55,342 nt of DNA from a virus (taxonomy: Duplodnaviria; Caudoviricetes): the IMG/VR virus record IMGVR_UViG_3300029286_000049, positions 1-55,342 of that record. One strand, given 5' to 3'. The notes below the pieces were generated by a model, which was not told the origin of the DNA, searched no databases, and worked only from the letters and a program-made list of their open reading frames with translations. Shown in pieces: positions 18,921-27,993 of the stretch (position 1 is the stretch's first letter; each line of letters begins with the position of its first letter). Position numbers and translations under genes: made by a program.

Positions 18921-19821
18921 TTCTTATCCTCTCGATTTCTCGCTCTGGGTATTTTCTAAAATCACCATCCCACACAACAACGACACTATAACCATGTTTA
19001 TAGAAACAAGCTAGTCTGCGTCTATCTCTCTGCCACTGCTCTTTCACTGTCCTTTGTATAGCTGTAATATATTGATCTGGATTTTTATAACGTTTAGGAT
19101 TGCAATGGTATAAATCTCCATACATTTCTACAATAATTTTTAGATCATGATTTATTTCATCAGGGACAAAACCATGAAATACCTCTTCTGATACGAAGCC
19201 ATCATATACCTTGCTTTCTATCATCTTGTTTTTAAGTAAATCAGAAGATGTAGATCGGCTTTTCCCATAACTTTTACAAAAAGCATCTATGATGTGATTT
19301 TTAGTTTCATCATCATAATTTTCCCATACTTTTACCATTCTTTCTGATTTTCTTTTGCATATATCTTTGAACTTTTCCGAATCTTTTCTGAAATTATCCC
19401 ATTGCTTAGACACCGCACTTGATCTCATTTCTGAGCTTACTGCGTCACGAGCCATTTTGCTATAAATAATTCTCTGGTCTTTTGTAAAAGACGTTTGAGT
19501 GTTTTTCATTGTTTCAGAAGATATCTTTTTACAACAATCTTTACATACAGGACCGCCTTTTCTCTTATGTATTTTTTCCTTATACTTTTTAATAATGCAT
19601 CCATTCCCGCAGATCCTACATCCTATTTTAATAAGAGATTGACCATCTGGAGAATTCCTTATTTTATCATTATATTCTTTATTTTTTCTTTTCTCATCAT
19701 CTTTTCTACAAGATATACAAAGCGGACCTCCATGCTTAATAGCTTTTTCCAAAGACATAAATATATTTACTTCCGCATTACATTTTAGGCATTTACATAC
19801 TGCTATAATTCTTTTAGTCAT
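18880..19821 (-). CDS. Vsr/DUF559-like endonuclease with N-terminal zinc fingers, lying between split-intein halves
   Basis: PDE....KIIVEMYGDLYHCNP...WQRD..R...F...GY.V.VVWD; start reassigned to ATG 19821 (AGGAG SD). Confidence 0.8.
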   Translation of the reverse strand: MTKRIIAVCKCLKCNAEVNIFMSLEKAIKHGGPLCISCRKDDEKRKNKEYNDKIRNSPDGQSLIKIGCRICGNGCIIKKYKEKIHKRKGGPVCKDCCKKISSETMKNTQTSFTKDQRIIYSKMARDAVSSEMRSSAVSKQWDNFRKDSEKFKDICKRKSERMVKVWENYDDETKNHIIDAFCKSYGKSRSTSSDLLKNKMIESKVYDGFVSEEVFHGFVPDEINHDLKIIVEMYGDLYHCNPKRYKNPDQYITAIQRTVKEQWQRDRRRLACFYKHGYSVVVVWDGDFRKYPEREIERIRNEIDKKRDFRRTV

Positions 19822-19873
19822 AACAAATCTCCTATTTACACCGTATACATATATATACGGAGCAAAGTGAGAT

Positions 19874-20836
19874 TTATCCTTTATCAAAACTTTTAATTTC
19901 ATCATTTTCTGTTAAAAGCCCAGCACTTACCCATCCTCTATTAGATGTTAAAATCAGATGATCATCAGTACAGCAAATGAAATCTCCATTATCGAAATGC
20001 AATTTAATCCACTCCTTCGATTTATCTTGTCTCACAACATCTATAACTCTTTTTTCAACGAATTCATTTTTTTCTTGGTCAAAAGAAATTACATATTGAC
20101 CAGGTATTATCTCCGATATGTTTCTCTCTTCTCCATTAGCCAGCATTACTTTAGAGTCTTCTCTAAGGCATCCGTGAAGCTTTTCTGTAATTACAACTTC
20201 CTCGCCTTCTTTGATAACATCTGGGAAGTTAGCGAAATGTTCAATGTCGGTATACTTGTGGAAAAGCCTATGAGGTCTTTCGGCATCGCCATCGCAGCAT
20301 TCCATTGGAGGCTCCCACTTCGTAATTCCGAAATGTTCTTTTACATCAGTACCATCAACCCAATTAGGATCATCGCCTTTGTATGGATCGATATGGATGA
20401 TAAAACCAAAAGACTCTACTCCTCTCAAACGAGAAGCTTTAACTCTGCCTCCGGGTTGTTTCTCTCCGTCTGGAGTTTTAGGAAGCTCTGCGCAATAGTT
20501 CATAACACCCAATCTGCCGGGAGTTCCATCTTTCCATTGCAATTTCTCTCCGCAAATTACGCAAATGCCCTGTCCCGCATCAGACATCTTATTGAACATC
20601 TGACACTTTTCGTTTTTACAGACTTTCTCTGGACTGTTTGCCAATTTAGGCGGGAGAATGGAATCAGGCGGAAAATAAACACACAGATCGCCCTCATTAA
20701 ACTCTGCTCTTTGATGGACAGGATCATAACGAATGCAAGTTTTCCAACCCTTGACAGTGGCAATAGCAAGTTTATCTGCTGCCGGATGCTTTTCTACCTT
20801 ATCGACTTTACACACTTCAACTATGAGGCTACTCAT
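19874..20836 (-). CDS. RNA ligase (DRB0094-like) N-terminal part fused to split intein N-fragment
   Basis: OB-fold HP.AD.L....V.GW, RLRGVES.G, motif I TEKLHG followed directly by IntN; start could also be 20842. Confidence 0.88.
   Translation of the reverse strand: MSSLIVEVCKVDKVEKHPAADKLAIATVKGWKTCIRYDPVHQRAEFNEGDLCVYFPPDSILPPKLANSPEKVCKNEKCQMFNKMSDAGQGICVICGEKLQWKDGTPGRLGVMNYCAELPKTPDGEKQPGGRVKASRLRGVESFGFIIHIDPYKGDDPNWVDGTDVKEHFGITKWEPPMECCDGDAERPHRLFHKYTDIEHFANFPDVIKEGEEVVITEKLHGCLREDSKVMLANGEERNISEIIPGQYVISFDQEKNEFVEKRVIDVVRQDKSKEWIKLHFDNGDFICCTDDHLILTSNRGWVSAGLLTENDEIKSFDKG
19877..20170 (-). mobile_element. IntN (98 aa) of naturally split intein
   Basis: CLREDSKVMLANG block A, CTDDH block B, GWV.A..L...DEI then stop. 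Confidence 0.88.
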
Positions 20837-20888
20837 TATCATTTTCCCCCGAAATAGAAACGACACTTCCCCTAATACAACTTGTTAT

Positions 20889-20918
20889 ATTCTACCAGAT
20901 ATGACCTTCACTTGAAGG
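20889..20918 (-). promoter_or_regulatory. Possible sigma70-type promoter (TGGTAGAAT) with upstream inverted repeat ACCTTCA/TGAAGGT
   Basis: Extended -10-like element upstream of the RNA ligase; 7-bp inverted repeat overlapping the -35 region. Confidence 0.35.
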
Positions 20919-21968
20919 TTATTCACCATAATCGACAATAGAAATTCTGTGAATTGGGACTGTAGAACCTCCAACAGTGTGATACTGCTTTTCGCCGGGC
21001 ATATCAAGAGTTTTTGTAAGGTATTTAGGCTCAATAAATACTTGCCATACATCTCTTACAACATCTTGACCTTTCAGCTCAGAAGCTATCCCTCTTGCAT
21101 TGTTCAAATTGTCTGTAAGATATATATTAGATGGTAGACTTTGAGCATTCTCGTACATTCGCCTGTCTTTGACAGGACGAGCAGTGTACAATCTTATAGC
21201 CTTTTCTTCTTTCTGAGTAGAACCTGGCTCTTGTATCTCTTTAATCAAGTTAAAGTAATTAGCCCTCATTCTATCGTCGGCAAAGAAATCATTTCCTTCT
21301 GCGCCGTCTACAATGTCATCTATTATGATTTTCTGTCCGTCTCTATATAGCATAAAGTCTAAATAGGTCTTAGCAAATCTTACAGAAGATGTGCTTTGAG
21401 GCTCCATAAAGTTATCCTCTTTGTCTACAGTTCTTGCTTCTACTACAATCTGATAGCCTCCCCAATCTTGCACTCTTGGGACAGCAGACCTTACTAAATC
21501 TGCTATCTGTTGCATTTCTACAGTTGTTTTTTGTGATAGATCATCAATCATCTTACCAACAGCATTCTCGTCAAAAGCCTTATGATTCGGTCTAGATTGT
21601 CTTATCTGCTCTGCAACATCATGAAGGCTTCTGGCGGCTTGAAAGTATTTTTGTTGCTGTTCCCATCCTATCTTACCTTTCTGGTCTTTCAGAACATAAT
21701 CATATATTCTTGTGCCAAGAGAAGAAATCAGCCTATCATCTTTCTGTGTAAAAGCATTTTGCAGTTCTGTTATCATCTCGGCAGGTAAACCAAAAGATTG
21801 AAATTGAGAAATGTAAGAGTTGACATTTACATTCATTCTTGCTATTCTGTCTTGCTCAGACATTACATAAGCAGACAAATCGTAAAGCTGAATCTTCAAT
21901 GATTCAACATACTTATCAATGCTTACAGTGACGTTCGCATTGGCTTGAGATGTCTTATACCAGTTCAT
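20919..21968 (-). CDS. MNWYK-leader protein; helical N-terminus and possible ART-like C-terminal domain
   Basis: C-terminal IRLYTAR...IYLTD....A..IA...VWQV.I....L...EKQY pattern resembles ART folds. Confidence 0.55.
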   Translation of the reverse strand: MNWYKTSQANANVTVSIDKYVESLKIQLYDLSAYVMSEQDRIARMNVNVNSYISQFQSFGLPAEMITELQNAFTQKDDRLISSLGTRIYDYVLKDQKGKIGWEQQQKYFQAARSLHDVAEQIRQSRPNHKAFDENAVGKMIDDLSQKTTVEMQQIADLVRSAVPRVQDWGGYQIVVEARTVDKEDNFMEPQSTSSVRFAKTYLDFMLYRDGQKIIIDDIVDGAEGNDFFADDRMRANYFNLIKEIQEPGSTQKEEKAIRLYTARPVKDRRMYENAQSLPSNIYLTDNLNNARGIASELKGQDVVRDVWQVFIEPKYLTKTLDMPGEKQYHTVGGSTVPIHRISIVDYGE

Positions 21969-22195
21969 TATTTAGCGGTTTCTATTCTCTCGATAATAGC
22001 GGGTTTCTCTTGATTCCATTTCTGGCTGAATGATCTAAGCAAACGAATAAGCTCTGAAGTATTAGTGACTCCATCACTCTGTAAGCCTAGAAGTAAAGAT
22101 TCTGCATTGACTATCACAGTATCCATTTTCTTGATTCGCTCTCTCTGTCTCATTTTCCATTGAGCATCTAATTGTGCTGTTCTGATGATTTTCAT
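21968..22195 (-). CDS. Small protein with MKIIRTAQ leader
   Basis: TAATG-coupled on both sides. Confidence 0.7.
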   Translation of the reverse strand: MKIIRTAQLDAQWKMRQRERIKKMDTVIVNAESLLLGLQSDGVTNTSELIRLLRSFSQKWNQEKPAIIERIETAK

Positions 22196-22668
22196 TATTT
22201 ACTCCTAGACGATATCATTATTATATGCTTACCAACTCTCTTCTTTACTCTCCATCCCTTCTTATCCAGAATATGCTTCATCACTGGAGAGACAACGTCT
22301 GCTTCCATCTTCAGATTAGGCATCATATCAAACTTATAGTTATTAAACTCTAATATAGCACTTTCTACGAGCTGTGAGCCTATTCCTTGACCTTGAGAAT
22401 TAGGATCGACTACTATATCAAAAGAAAAGACATCATTGATTATAGACGTATACAGAGCGCCTACGACCTTCCCTGAACTGTCTCTAACAGTCTGATTGAG
22501 TTCTTTGTCTCTCAGTATCCTGATTCCTGAGCTATTTGCTATCTGATCTGCTTGGTTAGCCAAATCAGAATGATCGACATCTTCATATCCATCTTCATAA
22601 AACCCATCTGGGCTATGTGGAGTGAATCTATATTCTTCATTCGCCGCAATTTTCTTGTACCAATTCAT
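22195..22668 (-). CDS. GNAT acetyltransferase with MNWYK leader
   Basis: Acetyl-CoA motif A VVDPNSQGQGIGSQLV; C-terminal L.KKGW. Confidence 0.8.
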   Translation of the reverse strand: MNWYKKIAANEEYRFTPHSPDGFYEDGYEDVDHSDLANQADQIANSSGIRILRDKELNQTVRDSSGKVVGALYTSIINDVFSFDIVVDPNSQGQGIGSQLVESAILEFNNYKFDMMPNLKMEADVVSPVMKHILDKKGWRVKKRVGKHIIMISSRSK

Positions 22669-22671
22669 ATT

Positions 22672-22703
22672 AATAAGTACAAAGAAATATGTCGCTTTCC
22701 TTT
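22672..22703 (-). promoter_or_regulatory. Putative late promoter (AAAGGA-N17-GTACTTATT)
   Basis: Recurring motif filling the whole intergenic gap; ATG follows with no SD, possibly leaderless. Confidence 0.5.
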
Positions 22704-23352
22704 AGATATGAGTAAAACTAAAGTCATCTCTTGTGGCAGCGTAAGTAAGGACAATCTTCTTCTCTATTCTCCAGGGATGACCGTACCATCCTAATATATC
22801 CTCGCCCCTCATATAGAAGTTAAATCCGAATACAAACTTATTATACTCTTTGAACCTATCTTCTCCCAAAATATACTCAATGGCTAATATGCCAGAGCTG
22901 GGACAGATGAAAGGTTTTTTGCCGTTTTCCCGTATAAGGCGGAATACATTCTCATTCATCTCATCAGAGAAATGAACTATTTTGCATGAGTGAAGGTTGT
23001 TTACTTCAACTATGCTTTCTGAAGCGTCCTCATAGTCATACTGATGATTAATTCGCTTATGAACTGGAATTGATCTAGGAAACCAGATCTCAGAGATGTC
23101 TTTATGAAATGTCCTATCTTTCAGATTATAGTCAAAATCTTTTATATCTGTCAGTGTCGTATTCGTTATACATACAGCACTTACCTTAGTCCCACTATTA
23201 TTGCCGTAATTCCTGCAATTATTGAAACGAACAACAAAATCACAAGAATCTATCAATGCAGACTGATCTGATTTGAGATTAGCATTCCCTACTATGGCTA
23301 TTTTCTTATCTCTAGGTTTTTTTTGCAATAATAACCTCTTTCGGTTGTACAA
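22702..23352 (-). CDS. GT29 (sialyltransferase-like) fold protein
   Basis: IAIVGN....IDSCDFVVRFN...GTK (sialylmotif L-like), PSSGILAI, FGFNFY, H...IE; start uncertain. Confidence 0.7.
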   Translation of the reverse strand: MYNRKRLLLQKKPRDKKIAIVGNANLKSDQSALIDSCDFVVRFNNCRNYGNNSGTKVSAVCITNTTLTDIKDFDYNLKDRTFHKDISEIWFPRSIPVHKRINHQYDYEDASESIVEVNNLHSCKIVHFSDEMNENVFRLIRENGKKPFICPSSGILAIEYILGEDRFKEYNKFVFGFNFYMRGEDILGWYGHPWRIEKKIVLTYAATRDDFSFTHI

Positions 23353-23376
23353 ATGAAGATCTTTTTCTTATAATAA

Positions 23377-23706
23377 TCATTCTTTCTTATTCGCGTAATA
23401 AGCTTCTGCTTCCTCTTTTGTAGCAAATACTTCTTTTTCATCAAGATAGTGCGCATGATTTGGAAAAATGTCTGCTTCATCTCCTCCTCGAAGCTCGTAA
23501 GAAATACCACTAGACACAGAACCATCATATTCTATTCTAGTATCTGCTGCAACAGTACATATCTCTCTTTGGATAATCTTAGGAAGCTTAGTATATTCAC
23601 ATTCCTGATGACCACAAGACGGGCATGTCTTTTCTCTCAAAAGAGTTGTCTTTTGAACCATTACCCAAACCTTATCACCGATGTTATATTTTGTTTCAAA
23701 TTTCAT
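23377..23706 (-). CDS. Hypothetical phage protein with zinc knuckle
   Basis: MKFETKYNIGDKVW...CPSCG...VFATKEEAE; ATG 23706 with GGGG SD. Confidence 0.75.
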   Translation of the reverse strand: MKFETKYNIGDKVWVMVQKTTLLREKTCPSCGHQECEYTKLPKIIQREICTVAADTRIEYDGSVSSGISYELRGGDEADIFPNHAHYLDEKEVFATKEEAEAYYANKKE

Positions 23707-24487
23707 TTCTATCCCCCGCAAATAAATCATTGTCTTTGCTGTCTTCTATCCTCTTCTGCGCTATATCACAATACTTACTATTGATATCGATTCCAATATA
23801 CTTTCTCCCCATCATTTTGGCAGACAAAGCGAAAGTTCCACTTCCGACAAACGGATCTAAAGCAAGATCATTCTCATTGCTCGAAAAGCCTATAATACGA
23901 TTAGCAAGCTTCAACGGCATCTGACAAGGATGTGCTTTCTTCTTAGCGCCTTCTTCTAAAATAGCTTCCTTGGATGCCATACATCCACCAGCAATGAAAG
24001 GTATATCATTCCATTGGTCAATCATCAAATTACCCTTATTCTTCCTGCTCCAAGGCATTGCCGCATTACTGATATGACTTTCATAGCCATAATTGAAAGT
24101 GTATTTATCTGACTTCGTATAGAATAAGATAGGCTGGAAGTTCAGACAATACCTATTCTTAACAGGCAAAGATGAGTTTTTCCACGCTATCATATTTTTG
24201 AAACGCAATCCTAAGTCATGAAAGATCCTTTGAAAGATCCATATGTTCTCAGATATGTTCATAATGTAAATACTGCCAGTAGGTTTCAGTATGCGGCAGC
24301 ATTCCTTAACCCACTCATCACACCATTCAATGTACTTGTCAAAAGACAAATCATCTTTACTTGTATCTCCATAATCTTTGCCAAGGTTGAAAGGGGGATC
24401 AGAGAAAATAAGATCAATGCTATCTGCATCAATCTCTTTCATTACATCAATACAATTGCCACATATGATTTCGTTAACCGGCAACAT
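23696..24487 (-). CDS. DNA methyltransferase (N4-C/N6-A, beta class)
   Basis: DPPFN, HPCQMP and LDPFVGSGT motifs. Confidence 0.92.
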   Translation of the reverse strand: MLPVNEIICGNCIDVMKEIDADSIDLIFSDPPFNLGKDYGDTSKDDLSFDKYIEWCDEWVKECCRILKPTGSIYIMNISENIWIFQRIFHDLGLRFKNMIAWKNSSLPVKNRYCLNFQPILFYTKSDKYTFNYGYESHISNAAMPWSRKNKGNLMIDQWNDIPFIAGGCMASKEAILEEGAKKKAHPCQMPLKLANRIIGFSSNENDLALDPFVGSGTFALSAKMMGRKYIGIDINSKYCDIAQKRIEDSKDNDLFAGDRNEI

Positions 24488-25160
24488 AAATTACCTCGTT
24501 ATACTTCTTATTCAATGACGTTTTATTCGTCTTAAAGACTTGGAAATCCATCCAGTTAGCACCCTCTTTCTCACATACTATCACTTGACCTTTTCTCGAT
24601 TTACAGAAGTCTGCTAGCTTCTTATAGTCAATACAATCTGCTCCGCAAGTTCTAGAATAGCCATTGCCATTAGGGAATGCTGTTGTACTTGCTTGTAAGA
24701 CTTGATATGGAGGATCTATAAACCAAGTAGCTTCTATATCAGAAGCGAGAGAATAATCTCCACTCCAAACCCAAATCCTATTCCTTATATCAAAAAGCCT
24801 GAGTATTCTTTTTTTCTGTATCTGGAAAACCTTATCCATCCTTTCTGTGTACTTCATTTTATTGCATTTAGATGCTGCGTTTGATACTGCACAAGTCATA
24901 ATAAGAAAGTCACTTGTATACTCTCCTATCTTCGGAACTGGGTAATTCTCTATCTCCTCTCTTGTAAGAAATCGAACCTTACTCCAAGCGTCAACAACTG
25001 TCAAATCCTTTTCGTATAATACAGCTTGTTTACTCTTATCTTTCATCAAATGATAACAAGAATAGGCGGCAGAACCAGCGAAAGGCTCTATAATCAAATT
25101 GTATTTTGGCGGAGGATAATGCTTGGCTAACATATTTTTCGCGCCATAATAATAAAACAT
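24474..25160 (-). CDS. Dam-like (alpha class) adenine methyltransferase
   Basis: YYGAK, IEPFAGSA and FIDPPY motifs. Confidence 0.88.
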   Translation of the reverse strand: MFYYYGAKNMLAKHYPPPKYNLIIEPFAGSAAYSCYHLMKDKSKQAVLYEKDLTVVDAWSKVRFLTREEIENYPVPKIGEYTSDFLIMTCAVSNAASKCNKMKYTERMDKVFQIQKKRILRLFDIRNRIWVWSGDYSLASDIEATWFIDPPYQVLQASTTAFPNGNGYSRTCGADCIDYKKLADFCKSRKGQVIVCEKEGANWMDFQVFKTNKTSLNKKYNEVIYVAG

Positions 25161-25744
25161 TATTCTTCACGTTCCCTTGAAAAAACGAAGCTCCTATCCC
25201 ACATCCTTTCTATCTCTTTCTCAAGTACATTCAACAAATCTTTGTTCTCTGTAAAACCATAATCTATCATATTCTCTCTCATTTCTTGCTCATCGCCATC
25301 AGAATACCAAAATTGCTGATCCTCATTTTCACAATTATCAAGAAAATAGTATTCAAAACCTTCTGGCTTGCCAAGATCGTAAATACATCCCTCTCCGCCA
25401 CTCATCAGAACTCTCTTATTCTTAATGAAATGGTATTTCGTAGTAATAAATACTATCTTTTGTCCCGTAGGATTTGAATTTTTCGGCGCAAATATGGCAA
25501 AGTAGAAATCTTGAGGAATTGGGTAATCTCTATCAGGATAAGGTTCATCAGGAAGCTCTTTTTCTAACGCATCGAGGGTTCCTAAAGTCTTCCATATTTT
25601 ATTGCCTATATCTGATAATATATCTATTTCATTTTCCCGTGAATGGTCATAACGGTAATCATCAATGTAATGCGTCAAAGCAGCGCGTAAAGCATCTAAC
25701 TCTTCTTTATCAAATACGTCTTCTAAATTAATGTCTTTGTCCAT
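25160..25744 (-). CDS. Hypothetical acidic protein
   Basis: AAGGAG SD; coupled to next gene. Confidence 0.7.
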   Translation of the reverse strand: MDKDINLEDVFDKEELDALRAALTHYIDDYRYDHSRENEIDILSDIGNKIWKTLGTLDALEKELPDEPYPDRDYPIPQDFYFAIFAPKNSNPTGQKIVFITTKYHFIKNKRVLMSGGEGCIYDLGKPEGFEYYFLDNCENEDQQFWYSDGDEQEMRENMIDYGFTENKDLLNVLEKEIERMWDRSFVFSREREE

Positions 25745-25994
25745 CTATATTCTCCTTAAATCGCGAAAGAATTGCTGATATGTAAATCTGCTTCTCTAAG
25801 TCCACAATACACAACGCCAAGTAAACATCTTTAGCCATCATAGCGATGTCAAATAACCTATCTGAATACTCATCATTATACATAGCAACAGGATGTATAT
25901 CGTCAGATATGTTTAAGATACTATAATGAGTTATTTTGAAATGGCTCATCGCATCTTTCAACGTCATTTTTTCATCACTTGCTCTTATTAACAT
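25728..25994 (-). CDS. Hypothetical protein
   Basis: TAATG-coupled to upstream frame. Confidence 0.6.
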   Translation of the reverse strand: MLIRASDEKMTLKDAMSHFKITHYSILNISDDIHPVAMYNDEYSDRLFDIAMMAKDVYLALCIVDLEKQIYISAILSRFKENIDGQRH

Positions 25995-26365
25995 TATATA
26001 TCCAAAAACCTAAACGGTTGATGTATTACAATTTCCTTATCTTCTTCATTATCTTCAATGCCACTGGAATACCTTGCTACGCAAGTATGCGAATGATTTC
26101 TTCATTCAATATAAACATATCCTTTGTGAGTGATAAAATGATATGTCGTCTTATAGCTAGCGAAAATAGTCTGTGCTACCATAATCTCAGAACCTATTAA
26201 ATACTCCAGACTCCCATCAAGATGAAGTTTCCCCGTCTTAGTGGTTTCTTCTAACTTATAGACATGATAATCTTCATCAGTAAGTATCAATGTCGAGAAA
26301 TCAGACGAAAAGATTGCATTCCTTAAAGTCTTCCCCACTATTTCTTCAAATGATACAATTGTCAT
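25994..26365 (-). pseudogene. Paralog of 26362..26742 interrupted by an in-frame TGA at 26102-26104 (nonsense allele or readthrough)
   Basis: Frame continues 35 sense codons past TGA to PFRFLDI-TAA, matching the paralog end KFRFIDI. Confidence 0.7.
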
Positions 26366-26742
26366 ATGTCAATAAACCTGAACTTTTTTGGTTCTTCTAT
26401 GGCAGGAACTTTCTTATTGTATTTAACAACCCATTTACAATTTAATTGATCCATAGCTAATAGCCTGATAATCACATAAATCCCTTCCCCATCACCGGAT
26501 TCAAATACATAATAAACTTCATCCTTATTTTCAGTTCTCTCATAAGCCTGAGCTATCTTTCGCTTAATCAAGTCTTCTAATTTGCCATTAACGAAAAGAA
26601 ATCTTCCAGAACGTGAAGGGTCATATAATGTATAAGAGTCTCCGCCAATGTCAGTGAAAGTAATGGCATAACCACAAGAAAGCAATTTCGCTTCCCTTAT
26701 CGTCTTGCCTCTTATCTCCCTAAACTCTTTCTGACGGTTCAT
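26362..26742 (-). CDS. Hypothetical protein (GKTI...G.LEDLI family)
   Basis: GAGG SD; similar to adjacent paralog. Confidence 0.72.
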   Translation of the reverse strand: MNRQKEFREIRGKTIREAKLLSCGYAITFTDIGGDSYTLYDPSRSGRFLFVNGKLEDLIKRKIAQAYERTENKDEVYYVFESGDGEGIYVIIRLLAMDQLNCKWVVKYNKKVPAIEEPKKFRFIDI

Positions 26743-26849
26743 TTTCCCTCACTTTATGGATAGCACAACCCCTTAACTATTTTACCCTATTTGCGTTTCA
26801 CAAAACAAGGCACTAACATTTATGATTGCTATTCCAACGTCTTCGTATA

Positions 26850-27842
26850 TTACTTGCCAAAATGCTTCTTTATCTCTTCGATATGCTCTGGCAAAAACCT
26901 TGGCTTCCCCTTCTCTGTCGCCCTATAACACCCAATCTTCCCAACCTTCACAAGATATGCTAAATGAGTATAATCAATCCCTAACTCCTCTGCAACTTCA
27001 CTCATTCTCTTCGCGGCGAATCTCCACTCAGGTATATCAAACTTGTAATCATAACATTTAACTGGAGACTTCCTGCCAATAAAGTCAAAGAAGGCAGGAA
27101 TGCCTTTGGCATCAATCTGGATGCGATTATACCCGTTCTTATGGCATTGGATACCCTTATCCATTAAACGCGCCACAAGGTATTCTACGCCTTCTGGTGC
27201 GAATCCGTCTGTAGATAAACGCAATACAATAGTGTTATTCTGACAGACAACAGATCCATCTCCAAGATACCACATCATAACTGACTTAGGAGTTATGCGA
27301 ACATCTTGAGGAGGGTACTTTACTCTTTTTCCCGCGGAATTTTCTGGATACCATCGCATGTATTGATGATAAAGATCTGGATGAAACTTACTACTTCCAC
27401 ACCATACAAAGCCTTGCTTCATTTTGTTGCTATTATATTTATCTACCGTTGGTCGATACTCACAAAAACAATTCATAAAATAACGGCAAAATTCCTCATG
27501 CTCTAAACCGCATCTAAGCCTTGCCGAATGTATATCTTTATTGGACGCAAGACCAATACAGCCATCACCTATTAGAAACCCGTCAATAGATTCTATCAAG
27601 TTCTCAGATAAATATGATATATTATAATCTAATGGATTAGGATCTTCATTTCTTTTCCCCTCAGATATGCTTCTGCCGAAACCAAGCTTCTTAGCATACT
27701 TGTATACTGTTCCTATTGCTACGTTCTTCCCCTGTTTCTGCAACATTTCTGATATATCAGGAAAGGACATCCTTTTCGCGACGTAATACTCTTTGAAAAA
27801 CTCTTCTGTCAATAACTCTAAATAATGCGGTTGTTCTCTCAT
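26850..27842 (-). CDS. Free-standing LAGLIDADG homing endonuclease with flanking HTH-like domains
   Basis: IDGFLIGDG and VMMWYLGDG motifs; ATG 27842 with AAGGAG SD. Confidence 0.88.
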   Translation of the reverse strand: MREQPHYLELLTEEFFKEYYVAKRMSFPDISEMLQKQGKNVAIGTVYKYAKKLGFGRSISEGKRNEDPNPLDYNISYLSENLIESIDGFLIGDGCIGLASNKDIHSARLRCGLEHEEFCRYFMNCFCEYRPTVDKYNSNKMKQGFVWCGSSKFHPDLYHQYMRWYPENSAGKRVKYPPQDVRITPKSVMMWYLGDGSVVCQNNTIVLRLSTDGFAPEGVEYLVARLMDKGIQCHKNGYNRIQIDAKGIPAFFDFIGRKSPVKCYDYKFDIPEWRFAAKRMSEVAEELGIDYTHLAYLVKVGKIGCYRATEKGKPRFLPEHIEEIKKHFGK

Positions 27843-27883
27843 ATATTTCTCCTTATGCAAGATTATACTGCCTATACAATCAC

Positions 27884-27911
27884 ATTATCGGTAAATGGGG
27901 AATTATCCTTT
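27884..27911 (-). promoter_or_regulatory. Putative promoter (AAAGGA-N15-CGATAAT)
   Basis: Recurring motif with shorter spacer, downstream of capsid terminator. Confidence 0.4.
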
Positions 27912-27930
27912 AACTTTTTTATCTATGCGC

Positions 27931-27968
27931 AAAAAAGAGGGAGGACAATTTCTTATCCTCCCCTTTTT
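27931..27968 (-). terminator. Intrinsic terminator after major capsid gene
   Basis: GGGAGGA-N10-TCCTCCC hairpin followed by T6. Confidence 0.85.
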
Positions 27969-27993
27969 CTGTTCACATCTTAATCAATTAAGA

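Noticed and set aside
19958-20857. 299-aa plus-strand ORF
   Set aside because: Antisense to the RNA ligase; no recognisable features
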